The notes under the pieces were generated by a model that saw only the letters and a list, made by a program, of their open reading frames with translations, was not told the DNA's origin and made no database searches. A program made the translations under genes and the position numbers. From Phoronis australis (Eukaryota > Animalia > Phoronida): a DNA stretch of 64,000 bases. Shown piece after piece: positions 26,501 to 38,500 of this stretch; the stretch's first letter is position 1, and every line of letters starts with the position of its first letter. The stretch spans positions 311,997 through 375,996 of the forward strand of contig NMRA01000251.1 of NCBI GenBank assembly GCA_002633005.1, given 5' to 3'.

Positions 26501-29500
26501 GCAATACCTCACGATAAACTAGAACCTTTTCCAATTGTGACTAATCTCGACAAATTCTCCAGTGGTGTTGCGCCACGCACAAATTGCCGTGTAATTTCAT
26601 TCACAAATAAGCCATTAGTTGCTAGGCCCAATAACGCCACGTCAAACTCTGACTAAAAAGTTCAATGCAAGTGCTGTTCTGTTGCCACAAAAGTTCAAAT
26701 AAACTAAGCATACAATTCAGGCAAGACATTTATCCAAGTTTGACTCCGGTCTGTCAAATTCTGCATAGTTCATTGAAAGCTGCTGAATGTTTGCCTAGGA
26801 TTGAATGCTAGTTGATCTTTGTTTGGATAACAACATTGCCAAAGACAATATGGCTCTTGGTAAGGAATATGTTGCTTCCCTGCTTGAACACAAGGTGGAG
26901 CTACCGCTGCATGATCCTGAGCATTTTGTGGCTTTAATTAGCTTTCAAGGACCTAAGATAATTTAAGCATCTATCTGCTTGAACTTCCTCGCAAGGCTCA
27001 TGTAGAGAACTTTGCCATCATGAGTTTTCACACAAAGCCATTAAATTACTTTAAGGCCGATTATTTTCACATTGTTTCCTTGTGTTTATTCCCGGTGTCA
27101 CCCACAGGGAGCGTGTGCTTCACACACAGATGTGCTATCTGGCTGTCTTCTGCTTTCTTGCCTTAAATGCATGCCAGCCAACGCAGACGAGTGTTAATAT
27201 AGCCAGGCTGAATCCTATCAGTATTATGTGCTTAGGAGCCCCCTTCAAGTCAAGTTTCTCCTTCACCACCAGTTTCACGGTGGCAGCATGACGGTCTTTA
27301 ATCCAACAACTGAAAAAAAACGAGTGTTATATAGTTTGTCCAGTCGAGAAGAAACCTGATATCTTGTAGTTTGTTTGTCAGTCTTGGAACTTCATTTCAA
27401 CATTCAAAAAAAAAGTTAATTCAGCAATAAAGAAGTTTTCTCAGAGTCTGACAATTTCATTGTAATTTTCAACAGACACTGTCAATGTAAAAGCCCTGGA
27501 ATCTCAGGAAAATGCAAGGAAGACTCACAGGATTCTTTGAAAAAAATTGTGCGATCTATGCATCATTTAAGTGTTCGTATTCATTTGTGACTGTGTCTAA
27601 ATATCAATTGTCAAGTAACAGATCCATGTGCTTCGGCAATCCTTGATAATCACAAACACTTGGAATTTGGTGTTCTTGTAAGTTTCAGGCACGATGGACC
27701 TAATACAGGTGAAAGTTCAAGCCAAAACCCAATTAAAATTGTGAACTGAAGCACAAGTTTCAAATCTGCCATTTCCTGCCAATGCAACAGGGAGAAACAG
27801 CCGCCTGGGCTGCCAATAGTCAATAGGCACATAGTTTTATGACATAATGAGGTATCCTGTTGGATGCCATAGGTGACCAAACAGCCCAACCACATGGGCT
27901 GAATTTAATGGGCTGTTGTGTTTACATTTAGCAAATTTCAACCCTCCAACAGTCATCATCCCAGTCAATTTTTATATGTGCTGGTTTCCTCATGAGGTGC
28001 AGAAAATGCATATCCTGTCTGACTCGTCTTGATGTATTCCATTTAGTGTCAATATACATGTTGCTTTTGACACATGATGTGGCCAATAGGTGGCGTGCAG
28101 ACCACACTAAAAGTCCTGGACCTATTCAAGTCCCAACTAGTAAAAGCATTCAGTGTTGACCCCTGGGAATGAGATGTATCGCCTCGTGTCAAGGTCAGCT
28201 TAGTCGTACAGTAATTACCTGTAAGTTCCTTCGTCACGAAGACGCAGACGCCTAATCACAATTCTGTTGCCCGAGTCTATCAGGACACGGCCACGAGTTT
28301 TTCGCCGAACGAAGGCAGGATTTATGATCCGCGTCGCGTTCTTCCACTTGATGTACTGCTCCTCGGAGTACGTCCTGGAGGTGAATTATGGGTAATTAAT
28401 GATTGCTGGTAGTTACCAGTTTTTGTCTTTAAGCGATGTGGAAGAAGGTGTTTGCTTGAAATGAAAATTTAGTTAGTTCTACATATCTTAGGAAAACAAG
28501 TTGTTTGGATTTTTGTGAGATTTGATGTTTTTGAGATATTTTAATTGCGTCATGGCAGTTTGTGATATTCTGGACATTAGATTTTGTGAAAAGCATGTTA
28601 TCATGTGACAATGGTTACAATTTTTCACTCGCAGAGGCATGGAAATTCGATAAAAAATCCTAATTTTGGACACGGTATGTTTGCAGTGAGTTGCCAGTTA
28701 AACACCAGTGTTGTATTAGTAAGTATGGCCAAGGTGCAGTCTCTTTTTAGGTTATGTAGGACCTCGAGTACAACTTGCCCAACCTGTAACAAGATATCCA
28801 CCTTACTATCTAGGCAGGGTAACTTGTTCTAGGGCAACTTGCACCACTTCTAATCACTGTGGCCACAGACCTGGGGCAAGGCGGAAGTAATTATCATACG
28901 TGGTTGCATACAAACGGGTCTTTTTTGCATGTCATATTTGCATCAGTTGTTCATTGTCTGTGCACAGAACAACAACTTCTCCCTTGCTCTAGTTACCGGA
29001 TATGTGTGAGAATGTGTACGCTCCACTTAAAGTGGGGCAACTTGTGCTAGTGCACGTTTTTCTAGTAACAGTCTCTGCAGTTATGATAGACATGATATTG
29101 TTAGTTTAGATGACATAGTTCCAGACAAGTTCCTGACATTTTAGAACATTACTTGGAACATTGGTCTTAGCCCAGGCCTTTGATTCACATACCGTAATCG
29201 TTCGGGTTAACGCCCATGCTCAGTTAACCGCCCACCCCCTACTTTAGGTGAATTTCGATTTAACCGCCCACTGCTCGGTTAACCGCCCCCCTGCTATTTT
29301 TGAAGATNTCCATGTGCTTCGGCAATCCTTGATAATCACAAACACTTGGAATTTGGTGTTCTTGTAAGTTTCAGGCACGATGGACCTAATACAGGTGAAA
29401 GTTCAAGCCAAAACCCAATTAAAATTGTGAACTGAAGCACAAGTTTCAAATCTGCCATTTCCTGCCAATGCAACAGGGAGAAACAGCCACCTGGGCTGCC

Positions 29501-32500
29501 AATAGTCAATAGGCACATAGTTTTATGACATAATGAGGTATCCTGTTGGATGCCATAGGTGACCAAACAGCCCAACCACATGGGCTGAATTCAATGGGCT
29601 GTTGTGTTTACAATAACAAATTTCAACCCTCCAACAGTCATCATCCCAGTCAATTTTTATATGTGCTGGTTTCCTCATGAGGTGCAGAAAATGCATATCC
29701 TGTCGGACTTGTCTTGATGTATTCCATTTAGTGTCAATATACATCTTGCTTTTGTCACATGATGTGGCCAATAGGTGGCGTGCAGACCACACTTAAACTA
29801 TTTGTGAGCCACTTACTAGTGCTATAAAGTAGGTCAAATCTGACTTATTCCTTACAGGATTTCTTGGTTTGAGAGAAACTGTCAGGTCCTTATTTATAAG
29901 TTTCTTCAGTACGGTCTTTTAGAGTGTTGCCTGTGAGGGCGGGTACAGTAGTTCTTCACTTATTTAGCGCATTGACACTATGGTCAACAAGTGTTTGAAA
30001 TTCTATTTGAATTTGTCTACTACAGTAAAGATTACAGAGAATTTTTTAATTAAAATTTATTAGTTTAATAGAAAATTACATGGTTTCTTGAGTTGGCAAT
30101 TAAAAACTAACTCTGCAAGTTGTGTAGAGTTACATATACTGTCCATGAGATATTTGTTGTCTGTTGTATTGGAAGGCACATGGAGGTGATTATTGAGACA
30201 TCTTATCTCGGGGAACAATGACTTTGTGATTGAAATGTGAAGGTGGTGTATCCTTATAGTCGTGACTGATTATCTTGTGGTTTTTCAACAATCTCTCTGT
30301 TTATAGGTTTGTATTTTGTCGAAAATCATTCAACGTTTTTGTTACTGGAGCCAAACGAAACTCTTGGAATTCAACTGGCCTCCAGCGTACAGTTTTCTGT
30401 CAAATTGAAGTGTCGTAACTTAATAGTCTTTAGATCAGTAAATGTCTGCGTTAGGTATGAGGGGTAAAACTAAACATCCCAGTGTGGTATGTGCTTTAGT
30501 TTGCTCATTGAAATTTTATAGAATGATGTGTTGCTATTCCTGGTTGTTGCTGATGACTGTATTTTTCATTAAATTCAGGGCTTCCTATTCAAAACTGGCT
30601 GGATTCTTTGGGAGCTTGGGAGTTTAATATCAGTCAATAAGTGCTGTATAGTGTATTTAGGTACACAAGCCTAGTCAGCCTATTGTAATTTACAGCTTAG
30701 AAGGCCTAAAGAGGTCAGTGGGACTACACAACAAAGGAGCTGCAGTTGCAGTGCAGGAGTTTCCTCTTTCACACTGTTGGTAGTTAACTAATTTTTTTCA
30801 TTCAAAGACTGAAAATGCTCAACGTTTAATGATGAATTCAATTTTTCCAGATAGCAGTACCAGAAATGACCGGGTGTACCTTTTATTTTACTGTAGTCAT
30901 TGCTATCACTGGCATCCATCTTTTTTCCTTATTCCCCTAACAAAAGAAGCCAATCGTAAAAGTCCTGGACCTATTCAAGTCCCAACTAGTAAAAGCATTC
31001 AGTGTTGACCCCTGGAAAATGAGATGTAGGGCCTCGTGTCAAGGTCAGCTTAGTCGTACAGTAAGTACCTGTATATTCCTTCGTCACGAAGACGCAGACG
31101 CCTAATCACAATCCTGTTGCCCGAGTCTATCAGGACACGGCCGCGAGTTTTTCGCCGAACGAAGGCAGGATTTATGATCCGCGTCGCGTTCTTCCACTTG
31201 ATGTACTGCTCCTCGGAGTACGTCCTGGAGGTGAATTATGGGTAATTACTGATTGCTGGTAGTTACCAGTTTTTGTCTTTAAGCGATGTGCAAGACGGTG
31301 TTTGCTTGAAATGAGAATTTAGTTAGTTCTACATATCTTAGGAAAACGAGTTGTTTGGATTTTTGTGAGATTTGATGTTTTTGAGATATTTTAATTGCGT
31401 CATGGCAGTTTGTGATATTCTGGACATTAGATTTTGTGAAAAGCATATTATCATGTGACAATGGTTACAATTTTTCACTCGCAGAGGCATGGAAATTCGA
31501 TAAAAAATCCTAATTTTGGACACGGTATGTTTGCAGTGAGTTGCCAGTTAAACACCAGTGTTGTATTAGTAAGTATGGCCAAGGTGCAGTCTCTTTTAGC
31601 TTATGTAGGACCTCGAGTACAACTTGCCCAACCTGTAACAAGATATCCACCTTACTATCTAGGCAGGGTAACTTGTTCTAGGGCAACTTGCACCACTTCT
31701 AATCACTGTGGCCACAGACCTGGGGCAAGGCAGTAGTAACTATCATCCGTGGTTGCATACAAACGGGTCTTTTTTGCATGTCATATTTGCATCAGTTGTT
31801 CATTGTCTGTGCACAGAACAACAACTTCTCCCTTGCTCTAGTTATCGGATATGTGTGAGAATGTGTACGCTCCACTTAAAGTGGGGCAACTTGTGCTAGT
31901 GCAAGTTTTTCTAGTAAAAGTCTCTGCAGTTATGATAGACATTATATTGTTAGTTTAGATGACATAGTTCCAGACAAGTTCCTGACATTTTAGAACATTA
32001 CTTGGAACATTGGTCTTGGCCCAGGCCTTTGATTCACATATTACGTGGCGAAAACCCTGTTGAACACACAAGTGTTTTAGCCAGGCAAATGAGCTGTCCA
32101 CAAAAGGGCTAATAGTTAGTTTGTTTCCTTGCCACACAGGTCACGTTAAAGTGAAATTTTATGTCAAAGCATGTCCACTCCATAATAAATTGATTAATAT
32201 GACAATATACATGAGGCCTATTACCCCTGTGCCCGAGTGTCCTTTGAAGTAAGCTGTCTAATGCTGCAAAAGTACCTGACTTTGTAAATTCTCCTCAACA
32301 GACATTCCAAACTCGTGGTAATCTTTCGTCGATTAGTAGTATCCTTACCGGAACTGCTGTATTGAATACATTTATCTATGTTTCAAATGTGTGCACTATG
32401 CCCACCTGAATGCCATCAGTATTGAAGTAACTCAAACTTCTTGCAAAGGGCTAGCAAAAGTGACGTTTTTGTAACTGTTCACATGACTAGCATTTTTGCT

Positions 32501-35500
32501 AAGTGGTGACACTGCTAGCGAGAACGTTAACGTTTTAGCTAGTTTGTGAATGGGGTATCAAGCTTCCCCAAAATAGGATTGTATTTATTCAAACTCACTC
32601 AGGACATTGGATGGTCGCCCGCTTTCCTTTAAATCCATACTGAATCTTCCTTTTAACTAGCTGTGGCATCTTGGGCTTGGGCTGGTTGATTGAGTAATGG
32701 CCAGCTTGGACAGTCTCTATCACGCGCCCGTATCTGTCTTTAGAAATGGTTGTCTTTAAAATTGAACCATCATTATGTGCTCTGTACAAAGCTCTCAATA
32801 TGGTTAATTTGATATCCTCTAATTCTTTACAATTTTTGGATTTCACATGGAATATGGTAATCATTCAGATATTTTGCAGAAAAAATAATTGTTGATAAAA
32901 ACGATGGATTTAAATCTGCTTGACATGTTTCAAATGGCGTTTATTTAAACACCATCCTCAGACAGAGACAAAACCAGAGGTGACCTTGATAGGCCTAACA
33001 AAAGGTAATGATATGCAGACACAGCCAGTTACAGGGGAGTAACAATACGTAGACTAGACTAACAATGACAACCTGTGGTGTGCCAGTTGCCTGTTGAGAC
33101 TGGGCTCACACCATATATGAAGAGCCTTACAAATTTTCTGCTCCCTTGTTGTTTCTGCTTGGTCTATTATAGCAATGTCATTGAATTTCAAAGAGCATTC
33201 CTCATAACAATGATTGGAGCTCTGTAGATGAGTAATATGTGAATTTCAGTCAAAAATAATAGCCAAAAGTGTTATGTTTCAATTTTTAAGGGCTGTTTAC
33301 AACATCTACACAGTGCATTCACGTTAAGAGCTGACTAAACTTTTCTTGATCTATATCTTCCCTGAATTGTGCAAGAACAATTTTTACATTATGAAGCTGC
33401 TTAGAGAATTCTAGTGAGGAGATGTTGGAATTGACATGTACCTGTCACGTTGGTGTAGGCCGGTGTCGTGGGGCACGGGATGAAACACAGCCCAATCGCA
33501 GTTTCACTCTTCCTGTTTCGAATGACTGGTAGATCGCCTATGAAATCTGGTACGGTCGTCGACCGGCATGGAACACCGTTGGTGAAAGTACTCAGTCTAG
33601 GCATATCTCTGGGATGTACTGGCTCGCTGTTGTTGATTTTCTTTTTGTCATAAAGGGACAATGGTTTTAATTAGGAGTTTGTTGTGCCAAGAAATTCTTT
33701 CAAGATAGCCTTAGTTATCTCTTTGGCCTATAGGGGGCATGTGCTAAACTATTATTTTGATGCAATAGTTTATGTCGCTTCGCAAATCAATTGAATATTG
33801 TGTCTGCTATCTGGTTCAACACAAAAATGATAATATTTCATGAAAACTAATTAAATGTAACTTCTTTAAACCTTTATGCTACATATTTCACTCTCCTAAA
33901 GCCCATCTCTTGTTTGCTGTAGAGATGCCCTTCAATTGCCCATCTTTCTTTGTTGTACATTTGCCACTCATCCACTCTTACGGGGCACGTCACCTTAATT
34001 ATACAGATGTCCTCTGTCATTCTCTAGTTTTTTTTACCTAAGTGATCGAACCAAAAGGTTCAAAAAGCCTTCTGAGTCTAGATAGATTTGGTATAAGACA
34101 CGTCATTCAAATTTTGACGGGCAACTGCAACCTAGCCCGACACAGACACATTACTGGGCATATGGGGAGCCCTGTGTGTCCTGAGTGTGGTACTGACGTA
34201 GAATCTCCTGAACACCTAGAGTCTTGCCCAGCTTTTTATAGGCTAAGGAGCAACCTACTGGATGGCACTGTCACATGCCTACAACATATAGTGCATGGCA
34301 ACAAATGGAAACGTCTGTCGGTTTTCCTAAAGGAGACTGGCAGACTTGAAAACTTTATTCATGAGGAGCCATAATTAGGCTCTCGTGCTTTTGCTTAGGT
34401 GTTTTGTGCAATGGGCCCAACCATGAGGCCTGCGCTTGTCTGATGCACTGCAAATGACATCAGACCACCTGCACTTTTAAGTGGTCTCCAGGTGACGAGA
34501 CTGTCTCGTTTACGAGTCCACTCACCTAATACTGTCAAGCAACATAACACGAAAATCAACGACATTTCGTGAGCACATTCAAAATAGTTGGGCAAAAGGA
34601 TTATTTACAAGAAATTAATTGGTTTTGATGCCCGACATTACAAGATATTGTCATGTTTATTTTGTCTGAAAAGACCGCATCTGGTCACATGTGGAGATAA
34701 CCTGAACTGGTCTAAGCACTAGTATAAGCTAATTCTTAAGTTAATCCATTTTACTTTGTACAAGTGTCCAGACTCCAACAGTCCATCGTCTTCTCATAAT
34801 ACAAGTGCCCCCACTCCTATCAAAGGTATATTCCGTCTTACCTCTATTGTACAGTTGTCTTCTGTTCTTCTCTAAGACTAGTGTATACCTGTATTGTACT
34901 GATCGCCACTCGCCATGCATCACATCTTTCCATTACTGTTAACAGTACACGTGCCCAGTCTTGTTTAATCCATCCTCCACAGATGCCCTCATTAAATCTC
35001 ACCTTACCTAGTCTCCTTCTCAAGCCCATCTCAACTGTTATGTTCTGATCTCCTCTCCCCTTCCACACTCCATCTTATCTTTATCACGTAGAAGAGCTCT
35101 CTGGTTCTCTAAGTCTCTTACCTTTACTGTACAGATGCCTATTCTCCGTCTATAGCCCATCTTGTTGCACTGATTACAAGCTGTCCATAGTGTCCAAGCT
35201 GTGGTCAGCATCAGGTTCATGTCGGGCAGCAGTGTGTCATTTTGAGGCCGGCGGAACTTTCCAGATGTTCTTACCTATNACCATGAGGCCAGTGCTTGTC
35301 TGATGCACTGCAAATGACATCAGACCACCTGCACTTTTAAGTGGTATCCAGGTGACGAGACTGTCTCGTCCACGAGTCCACTCACCTAGTACTGTCAAGC
35401 AACATATCACGAAAATTGACGACATTTCGTGAGCACATTCAAAATAGTTGGGCAAAAGGATTATTTACAAGAAATTAATTGGTTTTGATGCCCGATATTA

Positions 35501-38500
35501 CAAGATATTGTCATGTTTATTTCGTCTGAAAAGACCACATCTGGTCACATGTGGAGATAACCTGAACTGGTCTAAACGCTAGTATAAGCTAATTCTTAAA
35601 TTAATCCATTTTACTTTGTACAAGTGTCCAGACTCCAACAGTCCATCTTCTTCTCATAATACAAGTGCCCCCACTCCTATCAAAGGTATATTCCATCTTA
35701 CCTCTATTGTACAGTTGTCTTCTGTTCTTCTCTAAGACTAGTGTATACCTGTATTGTACTGATCGCCACTCGCCATGCATCACATCTTTCCATTACTGTT
35801 AACAGTACCCGTGCCCAGTCTTCTTTAATCCATCCTCCACAGATGCCCTCATTAAATCTCACCTTACCTAGTCTCCTTCTCAAGCCCATCTCAACTGTTA
35901 TGTTCTGATCTCCTCTCCCCTTCCACACTCCATCTTATCTTTATCACGTAGAAGAGCTCTCTGGTTCTCTAAGTCTCTTACCTTTACTGTACAGATGCCT
36001 ATTCTCCGTCTATAGCCCATCTTGTTGCACTGATTACAAGCTGTCCATAGTGTCCAAGCTGTGGTCAGCATCAGGTTCATGTCGGGCAGCAGTGTGTCAT
36101 TTTGAGGCCGGCGGAACTTTCCAGATGTTCTTACCTATTGGAGATTTTACGTCTTAGAATGTCTCAGTAATCATTCTCGGTTTCTAAAATTTAGTTTAGG
36201 TATTGTTTCTTTATTCTAACACCATATACTTTGTGTGTATTTGCTTTTTTTTGACAACAGTTATAGGTTGGTTTTTAGTCTCCCCTCTTTCAGCAGCAAA
36301 AGGCTTATCTGGCAACCACAAAGTCTTGAGCTCTGTTGTTCCTTTCAGCTTTCTGTCCAAGAGACACCTCTAACATGGCAAAGTGTCCTCAAATTAGAAC
36401 ACAGTATCTCGCCAGAACAGTAAAATTTTATTTTATCAAAATATCAACAAGAGTAAACAAGAAGACAATTTTACTTCAAACATTATATAAAATTTTTATA
36501 GAGTATGACTGGCATCAGAAAACTCCTGGTGAAATTTTGAATTTTTTGGCAATGAAGTGAGCGTTGAAAAATGAAAAAAAGTGACAATTTATTGTGTGAC
36601 ACTATTTTTGTTCAAATTTTAGGAAATTTTACCGTACTTCGTTTTCAAATTCAGGTTTTAATGCATGAATGCATCACTTGCATAGTACATAATTATGTAC
36701 ATACAAACACACACGCATACATACACACACATATAGATACCATAATGCGATCTTCATCTGTTGCAACATCCAGCTGCCATGTGTTAAAGTAGGTATCTCC
36801 CTTTAGATGGCAAGAATACTCCCCTGCATCTGCAATCATCACATCATTAATGGTCAGACTCTTGGTCCTGCCTAGCACAAATCTTCGGTCCTCAAAAGGC
36901 ACCAGGCCTTCAGAGACCTCAGACAGGAGTTCTCGGTACCAGTAGATGTCGTACTTTTCATAACCAACGTCAGGCCGGATGCTAGAAGCAGTATAATGGA
37001 GTGTTTTTACTATAAAATTATAGCTTTCTAAGTAAAATAGACAAACTTCAACAGAACTTTGCAAGACCCTGTCAAACTAAACAAACTTTGTGCATGAATT
37101 ATTTGTTGGTTTAAGTTAAACTTTCGTCACAATAAAACTATGTTTATGTTGAACTTCTGGGGGCGTTTAAAGTGCCTTAAACCACGGACTTTACTTTGGT
37201 TTGACAAATGACTACTTTGTCAGCATCATTAAACCTTCCTAATTGTAGCACTGGATATCATTATTGTTAATTCAATGATTAAAGCAACAATCAACCAAAA
37301 ACTGGTACCCCTATCTCACAAATTGATTTTTCCTACAGTTGCTGACAATTGTCTAGAAGACAGTGTAGATCATGCTTGTCTGCTGAGCAGATTTTGAAAG
37401 GAGGTTTCAAATTTTTTGCTCCAAACTTTTGAGGGTTATAGAGCATTGTTTTGTTCCTGAGAACTGGATGGGAATGTTGTTTTTAGTATCTGTTATAGGC
37501 CAAAGCTGGGTTTGGTATCATTTTAACATATTGTCAGATAGTGTTTGCCGGTGTTCTAAATTTGATACCTGATCTACTGGTGGGGTTATTTTATGGTCTT
37601 CGATATGAAATAGCGGATTTGCAGCGACGCCATATTGAAATTAGGTTAAAATGGTGCATTGTGGGTGCTGTGGTCAGGATTCCGAAAGCGGCCATAGTAA
37701 CAAGCATAATACGCGGTATGAGCGCGAAGAAAACTTACGGCGGATACACTTGTGTTCCTGGCTGCTTCAAAAACAACAAGACAAATAAAAATCTGAGTTT
37801 TTATGTGTTCCCTGCAAACCAAGAACTTCGTGAAAAATGGATAANGGCACCAGGCCTTCAGAGACCTCAGACAGGAGTTCTCGGTACCAGTAGATGTCGT
37901 ACTTTTCATAGCCAACGTCAGGCCGGATGCTAGAAGCAGTATAATGGAGTGTTTTTACTATAAAATTATAGCTTTCTAAGTAAAATAGACAAACTTCAAC
38001 AGAACTTTGCAAGGCCCTGTCAAACTAAACAAACTTTGTGCATGAATTATTAGTTGGTTTAAGTTAAACTTTCGTCACAATAAAACTATGTTTATGTTGA
38101 ACTTCTGTGGGCATTTAAAGTGCCTTAAACCACGGACTTTACTTTGGTTTGACAAATGACTACTTTGTCAGCATCATTAAACCTTCCTAATTGTAGCACT
38201 GGATATCATTATCGTTAATTCAATGATTAAAGCAACAATCAACCAAAAATGGTACCCCTATCTCACAAATTGATTTTTCCTACAGTTGCTGACAATTGTC
38301 TAGGAGACAGTGTAGATCATGCTTGCCTGCTGAGCAGATTTTGAAAGGAGGTTTCAAATTTTTTGCTCCAAACTTTTGAGGGTTATAGAGCATTGTTTTG
38401 TTCCTGAGAACTGGATGGGAGTGTTGTTTTTAGTATCTGTTATAGGTCAAAGCTGGGTTTGGTATCATTTTAACATATCATCAGATAGTGTTTGCCGGTG

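Larger units (their letters stand above)
27623..32040. other. Single-N junction duplication (27623-29191 vs 29309-32040), probable haplotypes differing by a 1164-bp indel
   Basis: N at 29308; copies are colinear except 29794-30957. Confidence 0.85.

Noticed and set aside
37846-37929. Truncated copy of nested-gene exon 2 as a pseudoexon
   Set aside because: Cut by the N junction; the full exon is at 36741-36981
37541-37933. 130-aa ORF that looks like a THAP fusion protein
   Set aside because: Chimeric reading across intron, transposon end and the N junction
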